Source: Octopus vulgaris (taxonomy: Eukaryota). Taken from it: 64,000 nt of DNA. A program made the position numbers and the translations under genes. Positions 52,649 through 64,000 of this stretch are shown piece after piece. The DNA lies in contig OX597830.1 in NCBI GenBank assembly GCA_951406725.2, positions 68,696,001 through 68,760,000 on the forward strand. Reading direction: 5' to 3'. The notes under the pieces were generated by a model. That model saw only the letters and a list, made by a program, of their open reading frames with translations. It was not told the origin of the DNA and searched no databases. Each line of letters starts with the position of its first letter. The stretch's first letter is position 1.

Positions 52649-52933
52649 AATAATGAAGGGTGAAATTAATTAATTTGGAATAATTATCAATTACACCAAG
52701 TAGTCTTCGGCATGTAAAAGCCTCATTCGAGGAAAATTTAAGTAATACTAAACAATAAAGGGTATAGCAACGAATTGCCTTACCACATACCGAATTTAGA
52801 AATAGCAGTCAAAGGGTTATAGCTATTTCTTCTACTAAAAAGGGAGATCTCAGTAAAAACAGCATTTGGAAGGCAGACACAAACAGGTAAGAGAGAATGA
52901 ATTGACTGCAATCTATCATACATTTTTAGGTTA

Positions 52934-53040
52934 TCTACGGACGTACGTTTCGAAATCAAGTTTTTAGGAAAGCATAAGAATTAAATATTAAATATTAAAT
53001 AATTCTATCTTACCGAAACTTCTTTTCTCTTCAGCGTAGA
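52934..53040 (-). ncRNA. Type I hammerhead ribozyme (inverted copy)
   Basis: Reverse complement of 53624-53730. Confidence 0.8.
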
Positions 53041-53623
53041 ATACTATAATCATAAATGATTATATATTGAATTTTGAGATACCAGAAGGCACCAACTCAA
53101 CTCAGTATCAGAGCGAGCTAGAATCCGCAACTGGTATCACCGAATTCAATTTGTGAATGAAACGATTGTGTCAACAGCCCCTTCCCACCCGCGTGTAGCC
53201 AAAACAAGATGCTGTGGTCATCTACTGAGATAAAATATGGTTATCCGTAATAATGAAGGGTGAAATTAATTAATTTGGAATAATTATCAATTATTGCTAT
53301 ACCCTTTATTGCTTAGTATTACTTAAATTTTCCTCGAATGAGGCTTTTACATGCCGAAGACTACTTGGTGTAATTGATAATTATTCCAAATTAATTAATT
53401 TCACCCTTCATTATTACGGATAACCATATTTTATCTCAGTAGATGACCACAGCATCTTGTTTTGGCTACACGCGGGTGGGAAGGGGCTGTTGACACAATC
53501 GTTTCATTCACAAATTGAATTCGGTGATACCAGTTGCGGATTCTAGCTCGCTCTGATACTGAGTTGAGTTGGTGCCTTCTGGTATCTCAAAATTCAATAT
53601 ATAATCATTTATGATTATAGTAT

Positions 53624-53730
53624 TCTACGCTGAAGAGAAAAGAAGTTTCGGTAAGATAGAATTATTTAATATTTAATATTTAATTCTTATGCTTTCCTAA
53701 AAACTTGATTTCGAAACGTACGTCCGTAGA
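53624..53730 (+). ncRNA. Type I hammerhead ribozyme
   Basis: Stem I TCTACG/CGTAGA, core CTGAAGA, stem II GAAA/TTTC, GAAA-CGTACG-TC; cleavage after 53724. Confidence 0.85.
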
Positions 53731-54223
53731 TAACTTAAAAATGTATGATAGATTGCAGTCAATTCATTCTCTCTTACCTGTTTGTGTCTGCCTTCCAAAT
53801 GCTGTTTTTACTGAGATCTCCTTTTTTAGTAGAAGAAATAGCTATAACCCTTTGACTGCTATTTCTAAATTCGGTATGTGGTAAGGCAATTCGTTGCTAT
53901 ACCCTTTATTGCTTAGTATTACTTAAATTTTCCTCGAATGAGGCTTTTACATGCCGAAGACTACTTGGTGTAATTGATAATTATTCCAAATTAATTAATT
54001 TCACCCTTCATTATTACGGATAACCATATTTTATCTCAGTAGATGACCACAGCATCTTGTTTTGGCTACACGCGGGTGGGAAGGGGCTGTTGACACAATC
54101 GTTTCATTCACAAATTGAATTCGGTGATACCAGTTGCGGATTCTAGCTCGCTCTGATACTGAGTTGAGTTGGTGCCTTCTGGTATCTCAAAATTCAATAT
54201 ATAATCATTTATGATTATAGTAT

Positions 54224-54330
54224 TCTACGCTGAAGAGAAAAGAAGTTTCGGTAAGATAGAATTATTTAATATTTAATATTTAATTCTTATGCTTTCCTAA
54301 AAACTTGATTTCGAAACGTACGTCCGTAGA
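54224..54330 (+). ncRNA. Type I hammerhead ribozyme
   Basis: Identical to 53624-53730, 600 nt downstream. Confidence 0.85.
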
Positions 54331-54514
54331 TAACTTAAAAATGTATGATAGATTGCAGTCAATTCATTCTCTCTTACCTGTTTGTGTCTGCCTTCCAAAT
54401 GCTGTTTTTACTGAGATCTCCTTTTTAGTAGAAGAAATAGCTATAACCCTTTGACTGCTATTTCTAAATTCGGTATGTGGTAAGGCAATTCGTTGCTATA
54501 CCCTTTATTGCTTA

Positions 54515-54551
<37 letters not shown>

Positions 54552-54556
<5 letters not shown>

Positions 54557-54860
54557 TCTTACTGGTCTCAACAGAATCCACGTCGTGGTGTTTTGTCGGT
54601 AGTAAGCATAATAGCTGTAAGTTTAAAGTTGAGTGTAATAAAAAAAAGTTCATAATTGTTTCTTACTGGTCTCAACAGAATCCACGTAGTTGTTTTTAGC
54701 TGTGATATGTGTCCGAATGACCAGTGGCTGAAATGGCAGTAGCAGCAGTGACTGTTGGTCGTAGTAGTAGTAACCGTTACCGACAAAACACCACCACGTG
54801 GATTCTGTTGAGACCAGTAAGAAACAATTATGAACTTTTTTATTACACTTAACTTTTAAA
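54552..54860. repeat. (TA)n-adjacent direct plus inverted repeat element (pLTR-like)
   Basis: TTGTTTCTTACTGGTCTCAACAGAATCCACG occurs at 54552 and 54656, and inverted at about 54796-54828. Confidence 0.6.
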
Positions 54861-55033
54861 AATATTTTTGATAAGGTTCGTTTTTTCAAGAAGAACCGAA
54901 ACATGTAAAATTTCTTAGAAAATAAAACTTATCTTATATAGTGGCGTTTTCAAACTTCTTTTTTATAAATATATACCCACTCGCATACGATCTACACTTA
55001 TTATAAATATATATATATACACACACACATATA

Positions 55034-55067
<34 letters not shown>

Positions 55068-55149
55068 GGATTTTAGTATTAAAGAAATCATTAATGTTAT
55101 CATATCCACGAGAGAAATAGGAGACTATTTTATTTTTATTCCATTTCAG

Positions 55150-55245
55150 AACTTTGGAATGACCTTAACCAGCCCCTTACACTGGAGAAGATTAACTCCG
55201 TGGGATGTGATATAAGTGTTTTCGACTCTTATTATTTCGTTGACA
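55150..55245 (+). CDS. Candidate 96-nt linker exon of the PAN gene
   Basis: Acceptor TTTTATTCCATTTCAG; open frame (K)LWNDLNQPLTLEKINSVGCDISVFDSYYFVD; donor A|GTAAAA; phase 1-1, so it is skippable in frame. Confidence 0.4.
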
Positions 55246-55484
55246 GTAAAACCATTTTTTATTGTTTACTTATTGTGTTCTTTGTTTCTGTTCCTTGTTC
55301 CTCATCTTTAATTCATTGATCTTTCTCCGGTTCTTGCCGAAAGAACTGAAATTAATAAATATCCATTTCTTTCACATTGCATTATTATTTCTACTTAGAG
55401 TCTTGATTCTTAGTTAAATAAATTAGCAGTAAATTAATAATTAACATCCTTTCAAAAGGATGTCGTAAAACTAATCCACAAGTA

Positions 55485-56746
55485 CGCGGTGGTATCAAAA
55501 ACTTCCCGGACTTGATACGTTTTGAAAAATAACTTGTTTACCTAAGTTTTCGCATCAAATCCTTTGAAATAGTCACCTTGCGCAACAATACTCTAGCCTC
55601 AGCATTCCCACCACTTTTAGCTTGGAAGTAGTTTTCCTTAAGCGAGTTGGAAACCTTCTGCGTTTCGATCTGGATTTTGACAATGGTGTTCAGACGGTGG
55701 CCTTTAAGCTGCCTTTTTATCTTGGGGAAGAGATGGAAATTCGCAGGTACTAAATCTGGCGAATAGGACAGGTGCGGAAGCGTAACCATGTTGTTTTTGG
55801 CGAGAAACTCACGAGTAAGAATGCATTGTCGTCACAAATCCGGTCGCTTTTTGCCGAATGTCCTCTCTAAAACACTTCAAAATATCACAGTAGAACTCTC
55901 GACTGATGGTCTGACCCTGGCGGTCGAAATCTAAATGGTCAATACCTCAGATGTCGAAAAAAAGATGAGCATGCTTTTCATTGAGCTGCGGATCTGTCGG
56001 GTTGAGTTCGGTCGTGGAGATGAAAGACTTCTCCATTTTGACAATTGCTGCTTCACCTCAGAATCGTACTCGTAGACTCAACTTTCGTCACCAGCGATGA
56101 TCCTCAACATGAAGTATGGGTCATCAAGGCTGACGGAGAACATGACAAATTCGGAGCGATGTTTTTTCTGCTCAGTGATCAACAGTGGGGAGAACTTGGT
56201 AGAGACATGCCGCATGTTCAATTCAGACGTTAAGATTGTCTGCATAAATCCATACGACAGACCAACAACATCAGCAATGTCGTTGATTATCTACCTACGA
56301 TCCTCATTCAGAAGCTGATGGATTTTTTTCCACATCTCCGAGGAGTGACGCCCGTCGCAGATCTTCCAAATCGCTCATCGTCTTCCAGGGATGTTCTGCT
56401 TTTGAAAAGCCCGTGCCACTCTACATATTGCGTACAACCAATTGCCTCGTTAACTTTAGCTTGCAGAAGCATGTTCAATGTCTCTGTAACAGACGTCCCA
56501 AGGTTAATGCAAAATTTCACGTTGGCTTTTTGTTCTACCTTCTTGTCCATGACGAAATCGCAGACTACAGCGTACACGTGATGACAAAATCACAAATTTC
56601 ACAACTTGCAATAAGTAAATACAGCGGTGTCACTCAGCACACTGTCTCATAACTATCGTTGGTAGCTCTCACTGCGCACTTAACCGTGTGCTGCCATCTG
56701 TGAGCGCGTTATAGAACTAGTCCGGGGATTGTTTGATACCACTTTG
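55485..56746 (-). mobile_element. Mariner DNA transposon, degenerate, intronic
   Basis: TA-flanked TIRs CGCGGTGGTATCAAAAACTTCCCGGACT / AGTCCGGGGATTGTTTGATACCACTTTG. Motifs EQKANVKFC, SLEDDERFGR and HLSYSPDLVPANFHLFP. Confidence 0.88.
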
Positions 56747-57173
56747 TACATTTAAAATCTGGAAGATGAATTATTATTAATCGACGTTTTCATTAAAAAA
56801 CACAACACGCTTCGTTACTAACTTGCACAGAAATACCTCAATAAATCTCGCTGGTAATACGAGAACCACTCTACCTCCGAGATAACCAGCTACATACCCC
56901 TTCTCATTCTTCCGTCATACATGCTATTTCACCAGCCAGATCCCGCATCAATTATTATCCCAAATCCCTCCTTTCTAGATTATGCAACACCCAAGAACTC
57001 ACTCCATACTTACACTAACCTAAAGATGTCCAAACGGAATATTAGTAACATCAATCTATCGAATCAATAGACCATATCTATTCGTTTCCTTTGTACTTTG
57101 TCAGGCTAGAGCAATAATTTAATTTATGCTCTTATATTTATTGTGTTTCCTCTTTCCATTTTTTCTATTGCAG

Positions 57174-57370
57174 AAAAAGAAATTAATGGCCAGACAGCTT
57201 ATTCAACTTTTTCCTTCAAACCAAATCCATATCACAACCTTGTAACCGAGGCCCAAATGGATGCCCGATCGGTCTTGGATTGTTCACGTTTATGTATGGT
57301 ATCTTCTACATGTACCGCCTTTTCATATACTAACACTAAGTGCCAACTAAAGAAACTTGTTGACCTTTAA
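57174..57370 (+). CDS. PAN/Apple-domain protein terminal exon (domain 3)
   Basis: Acceptor TTTTTCTATTGCAG, phase 1; RSVLDCSRLCMVSSTCTAFSY..TKCQL; stop TAA at 57368-57370. Confidence 0.85.
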
Positions 57371-57478
57371 TGGAATTCACCCAAAAATGATTTACTTCTC
57401 AATGAAATGTGAGCAAGACTTCAACGGATCACGTTTGCTAATAATAATTATATCAGATAAAATGTGTGTTTCTTTATC

Positions 57479-57484
57479 AATAAA
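57479..57484 (+). terminator. Candidate polyadenylation signal of the PAN gene
   Basis: AATAAA about 110 nt after the stop, followed by T-rich sequence. Confidence 0.55.
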
Positions 57485-60400
57485 ATCAACTTAATTATGA
57501 TAATTCTTTTGTTAATTTATTTTTATTTCTAATGTTTTTCGTCTTAAATTAGTCTTCTCTTATAAATCCATTCACACATTTGAAGGTTTATAAGATTTTT
57601 AAATTTACCCTTGTACCAATGAAACACTTGGTTATTATTTTATCGACCTTTGAAGAATGAAACATTAAGTTAACCTGGACATCATTTAATCTCAAAACGT
57701 AACGGGTCTAAACTAAATACTACAAACAGTTAAACCGAATCTTCAACACATTTTATCCATCATCTAAATAATATAGCAAATAAAAGACTTGCGCTTGGCT
57801 GATTTCTTTTGAGAAATGATAGGATTTGCAATTCAAACGAAACAAAAAAATTGCATTAAAGGTGTGTGAGAGTGGCGCCAGACGTGGCATGCAGACCATC
57901 ATATAACTTGATTGATATTTGCATTGCGTTTTTATTCTACTCATCTGTTCTTCGAATTCAATGTGCACATACGCATCTTTTTTCCGGCTCCGACTCAAAA
58001 CTGTTTATAGATCATAACCATCTCACCAACTGCATTCGTGAGGAGCACTTCACGCTCCGATGGTGTGAAATAAAAACTGATGAAGGTAATACCGAAAACT
58101 TTTCTGAGGAATATGGTAAACAATTTATAGGAATCAATGTCTGTTCATTCGAACGTAGGGAAGCACCAAAAATTCTAGACACCATGATTGTTAATTTGAG
58201 TTTAGCTCTGGTCTCTCATAAACTATTTAAGCTGACTGATCTAAACTATCTTTATCAAGGATTACAAAACCAAATTGAAGTTTTGCGTTTCAGCACCTTC
58301 TTGGCATATAACGTCGGTACAGGTTAAACAAAAATCCGAAATCAGTAACAGGAAAAACGTAATTCATTAGCGGTTCGTTTACAAATACAACAGCTCCGTG
58401 AGATCTTTTTGATTACTGGAGGGTTATACATAGCAGTGAAAAAAAATTGCAATACTGCAATTTAGTTTTCATTGGTTAAGTTTCAGATTTTTTTTTCTTT
58501 TTTCATAGTTTAGTGAAGAGGGGAGATGGCGGTGGATATGGCGTTTGTAAGTTTTTATGGATTGGTGTGATCGATACGGTTAATCATTAGTTTGAAGATT
58601 TGTGTGTTGATATCTGTTGGGAAAATGGAATCAAGGATTGAATTTCAGTGGCGACCCAATCCAGGCGGATTTAGTTTTAAAAAAGCTCTAAGCACAGGCA
58701 GATATTTTATGTAAATAATAATTTGAGTTTTAATTTAATAAATCAAATTTAAAGTCAACTTCTGAATGTGATTAAAAAACTAAATAAATAAAAAGTTAGC
58801 TATGAAAATACAAACTACACAAAAGTGATTCTCTTTTCGGTGTTTTGTCGGAAAACGAAAGAGGACGTCTTCAAAATTCAGGTTTTCATCGCATCATCTA
58901 TTCATAATAATTGGGCTAAATTATCCGGTTTATTGTCTACCAGGGAATTCTTCAGATAAGACTTGATTATCCATAGCTTCAGAAAGTATTCAAGTATTCA
59001 TTCATAGCCTACCGTGTGCTTACAGGCAGTGTTACATCTTCTTGCTGCAGTTCGATCTGTTCGAACGAGAAATCCGTATAGAGATTCAAAATCTCAAGTA
59101 AATCGGTTAATGAGATCAAAAGGTGTCACTTCCACCCGATGAGTCGCTTTGCATAGTGGAATTCTGACTTCAGGGTGACCAAGTTCAGTTGAAATGTATA
59201 TGCTATGGCTTTGAGACAAACAGCGTTCAGAAACTCGGAATTTAGTAATTAAGAATATGAGCGGCTCTCATTCTGCCACCATTTTATGCCGAAAATCGGT
59301 GTCAGAGCTCTAAGAAAATCTGGTTCAATATGACGGTCTCACGGAGAAAATTGATGAAAGGTCCTCTATTAATTTCCACCCGGTTTCCAACGCTCTCCCT
59401 GGCCGCCGAGATCTCCAAATGCTATGGAAGTTTAGGTTTCTCTGATCAGGTACTTAATCGATGACAAAACTTTCGTTTCGTTTGACATCAAGATGTTTAA
59501 TGCAAATGGATATCGGTTTCGTTGCTGTAGTCACAGCAGTGAAGATTTTTCATATCTTTACAAAAGATATGATTCGTATTAAAACTTGTTTAGAGAAGAC
59601 GAAGGCGCAATATTTCATAAACAAACGTAATAGAAGTACTTGTCTTTAATTTGCTCTCCCATGACTTGATAACCTTACTGAAATAAAGGAGAAATGTCCA
59701 TAATAAATGAAAGCTCATAGTGGACAGCATAACACGATCCTGCTGTCAGACCCATAGTGTATTGGACAAGATTTTCGGCTCTGCTGGTTATCTTCGTTTT
59801 CATCTTGTAAGTACTTGTTGTACTGATGCACTATGAATCGATCCACAAACAAGTAAAGTTGCTGCTGTATGACGAAAATTCCCCGATAGCCTTTACATTT
59901 TTGTTAAGGTGTTATCCACAGCTAGATTCAATTGGTTCAAATACGCGGTGCAGAACGTCTAAGAACGGTTCTGTTTTCGAAATGACCTTTGTTTCATTCA
60001 AACTTAATGTAAAGTTTAAGACTTAGTCAAGTCTTAAGCGAGTAATTCTTTGATTACTGGTTCCATGATTTAAAGAATAATCATTGCGAGTACAATGATA
60101 TAAGTATTTTGCTTTTCGTGGTCTCATTATTGTCCCCTTCTTGTCAAACGACCGTGAATAGCATCACAAGTTTCTTTCCCAAATGTTTGATATTCCCACC
60201 ATACACAACCGGCTGAGATATAGATTTGGTACATTTTACCCCAATGCATACTTCCGTTCGAGAAAACTTGTTTTAATGAGTGCTTGCTATTACTATTTTG
60301 GGCTTTTTCCTAGAAAATATGGACAACAAAAGGAATATACTCTATTTTGTTGTATGCTGTACTCATTGATGTAATTTAAAAAGCCCTGGATTGGAACTGC

Positions 60401-61029
60401 GGCAACTTGGGTCAAACATTATTTATTTTTTGAATTCTGGTTGAAAAAGATTTATTGATTTGTTTGTGGCTAATGTTTTTAAGATGAAACTGCCGCTCAC
60501 AAAGGCGCCTTTTCAAATGAAATATTTCCTTATCCTCAAGTCCGCTAGTCCTCCTGTATTTATCACAATACGATCACCTTTATTTCATCTTGCACCTTAT
60601 TGAATCAGAATCCTATGAGAATATAACTGTATCATAATGTTCTAATTCTTCAAAAGCTGACTCTTTAAGGTCCTTTGGCTCTGAAGAATATTCATTATCT
60701 TTGGTTACTTCAGCAAGGTTCCTTCTTATGAATTAACGTATATCCATATATTGTACTGGGTCTACAATAAAGAATTAACAGCTTGTATGTAAATATTGTT
60801 GTTATATAAAATAATGACCAAGACGTTTGCCATTTCAGCACCTTGAAACATAAATTTCTCTAACGTTGTTGTATCAACACTAAAGAGAAACGAGCAGTAT
60901 CATCTCAATTATTATTCTTTTCATTTCAAACATTTGGTATCTAAACCTTCCGACAGTTATTTGAATAAAGCTGCTTGTCTTGCAATTCCTCTACCAGCAT
61001 GGTTTGTCCTTAGCCAATGACATAAAAAT

Positions 61030-61170
61030 ACAAGACACCTTTTACATATTGATATTTTTATCATTATGTGTTTGGCAAAGAAGTGACGCTTTGGAAACTA
61101 TACGAGAGACGGGAAAAGGAAATTACTTAAGGATTCTATTTTCAATGACTGTTTGGAAACTACACAAGTA
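61030..61170 (+). pseudogene. Helitron RepHel fragment
   Basis: CATATTGATATTTTTATCATTATGTGTTTGG...TTTGGAAACTATACGAGAG is homologous to 14552-14620 and 35302-35370. Confidence 0.55.
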
Positions 61171-61344
61171 ATTCATTATTTTTAGCTCCTTGCCGAAAAT
61201 GTCACACTTAAGAGATACTGGAAATATTCTGTTCTTTTAAATAAAAACTACATAGTCTTCACGAAACTTATCTTTAGGAAGTTTCTTCCACTGTTTTGAT
61301 AAAGTTGTTAACATTTTTCACATACATACACACATTCACATACC

Positions 61345-62062
<718 letters not shown>

Positions 62063-62394
62063 TTATATATTTATATATATACACATATATGTATATATAT
62101 AGTTTCCTATTTCTCTCGTGGATATGATAACAGACTACGAATAGTCTGCTACTATCATACTCCTCCCGTATTTTTCTCCTTCTTTCTCTTCTTTTCCTAC
62201 ACCTTCTTCTTCTTCTTCTTCTTCTTCTTCTGCTTCTTCTTCTTCGCCGTCTCCTTCTAAAGTTACTACTGCTTAAACAATGCTGCTTAAAACTTCAGTA
62301 CCAACATCCCTCATATTTAGATATTTCTTCAGACCTGCTACTGCCTACCTGCCGAGCCTTCACAGAAGTAAATGAGAGAGAGAGAGAGAGAGAG

Positions 62395-62445
<51 letters not shown>

Positions 62446-62497
62446 CAGAATGTCACACCTATTTGAAACTATGGAAATATTTTTAGAAAACATTTCA

Positions 62498-62553
<56 letters not shown>

Positions 62554-62573
62554 TACATATGTATGAATGTATG

Positions 62574-62605
<32 letters not shown>

Positions 62606-62606
<1 letters not shown>

Positions 62607-63154
62607 GGTGGTTGCCCCCTCGTTATCGAGTATGGTCATTGCGCGAAGCTTAATCATTGTTGTTATCGTGCAATGCCTGTGCAAGAAGATTTTTTTTACG
62701 TGAGGAAAGGCTGTGCACTGAGTCAATCACACTCACTAAGCAACAGAAGCCATAATCCGAAAAGAAAAACAAGTCAACATCATCGGTAACCACTGAGCCG
62801 CAGGTTTTATGTCGGAGTTATCCCAGTTACCTCAGTTACCTTCTCCTAGAAGGATGCCCTAACAAAGGCTAGGAGTCCTTCACTCCCAGTGGTTTAACCG
62901 CGCGATCGGGTATTCAGTCCGATTATTTCTATGTCCCCGCGCATGATACAGCCTTAAGACATTTATTGGATGGCCGTTGACTTTCAAGAGTTCTTCCACC
63001 CTTTGACGGGTTTTGTTTTTCATCCCGCAGAATGTCCAATAAACACCCTCCTCACCAAGCAAGCTTGGTGGGGTTACCGGTTAGTCGCCGACGACCCGAC
63101 CATGCAACAAGTTGTACTGGGTTACATGTTACCAGTAGCACTCGAAAGTGACAT

Positions 63155-63158
<4 letters not shown>
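62606..63158 (-). mobile_element. Probable non-autonomous RTE-derived element (UTR-only) in (TA)n
   Basis: Reverse strand has an RTE-5'UTR-like GGGCATCCTTCTAGGAGAAGGTAAC...AAACC segment; no long ORF; (TA)n flanks. Confidence 0.4.
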
Positions 63159-63194
<36 letters not shown>

Positions 63195-63344
63195 ACTACC
63201 CACAAGGGGCTAAACACAGAGGGGACAAACAAGGACAGACAAAGCGATTAAGTCGATGGGTGAAATATTGCTAAGCACTTCATCCAGCGTGCTAACGATT
63301 CTGCTTGCTCGCCGTCTTCAAATAATAATGATAATTATAATTAT

Positions 63345-64000
63345 AATGCGCAGACTGAGACTGATCCTTAAGTCGAAATTAAATGGGTGGAATAAGATTC
63401 AAGCTATCAAAACCTGGGTGGTTTCACTCCTCAGACATGGAGCAGGGGTAATTGCATGGACAGTAGACGAACTAAACAGCTTAGACAGAATGACAAGGAA
63501 GTTGCTAACTAGATATGGGACACTCCACTCAAAAGGTGACACAGAGAGACTGTATGAAACAAGAAAAAGAGAGGGACTTACTGGATGCGAACACAGCATT
63601 AGATCAGAATAAAACAACATAGCATGGTATGTAAAAAATGCCACAGAAGAGCTATTGTTTGAAGTAAGAAGGTCAGGCTTGTGCAGGATGAAGGATTGCA
63701 ACGATAAAAGTGATTTAAAATAGGAAACGGAGGCTCTAATCTGTGTTGCCCAAGAGCAAGCACTAACAACAAATTACATAAAATACAGAATAGACAATAC
63801 AGCAGAAAGTGATAAGTGCAGAATCTGTGGACAAAACGGTGAAACAGTATGGCATATTATCAGCCAATGTACGCCACTAACCCAGAAGGAATATAAGAGA
63901 CGCCGCGACAATATAGCCAGGCTTGTCCATTGGACACTTTGCAACAAGTATGGACTTGACAGAGCAAAATATGGGTACGACCACAAACCTGAAGGCATCG
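63345..64000 (+). mobile_element. Dong/R4 LINE fragment, internally deleted, runs off the window
   Basis: ILKSKLNGWNKIQAI...LDRMTRK, ETEALICVAQEQAL and CRICG...HIISQC; preceded by a TAA-rich repeat. Confidence 0.85.

Larger units (their letters stand above)
52643..54517. mobile_element. Hammerhead-bearing tandem repeat (retrozyme/pLTR-like), locus 2, intronic
   Basis: Inverted arm 52643-53293, then two direct 600-nt units from 53294. (TA)n flanks; homologous to locus 1. Confidence 0.88.

Noticed and set aside
54795-54835. Hammerhead in CTGTTGAGACCAGTAAGAAACAATT
   Set aside because: The core is mutated and stems I and II cannot be formed, so it was not called as a ribozyme.
59360-59440. Possible mononegavirus L-protein motif on the - strand (GG..GW.LI)
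   Set aside because: Needs a frameshift and no downstream GDNQ motif was found; insufficient evidence.

Overview
AT-rich eukaryotic (metazoan) DNA. The SINE families, (TACA)n/(TA)n/(TAA)n microsatellites and Dong/R4, RTE and Penelope content look like a coleoid cephalopod (Octopus-like); this is inference from repeat content. Most short ORFs in the track are microsatellite artefacts. One host gene can be reconstructed on the + strand (42062-57370): a small, probably secreted protein with three PAN/Apple-like domains, in 4-5 exons joined by phase-1 GT-AG introns. The rest is decayed or nested transposable elements: mariner/Tc1, piggyBac, Chapaev3, Helitrons, Dong/R4 and RTE LINEs, Penelope fragments and tRNA-derived SINEs. 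Two things stand out. (1) ORF-less 583-nt and 600-nt tandem repeats carry one type-I hammerhead ribozyme per unit, with a compensatory stem change between loci and an inverted leading copy (retrozyme/Penelope pLTR-like). One array lies in sense orientation in an intron of the PAN gene, and several unrelated small (TA)n-associated elements carry further hammerhead-like motifs. (2) A tandem array (A-B-gap-A'-B', 19886-28452) of two diverged ORF1-only, RT-less L1/Tx1-like retroelements whose visible 3' ends all join the same nucleotide in a SINE tRNA-derived head. That SINE itself sits inside a Chapaev3 DNA transposon. All alignments and folds were done by eye.
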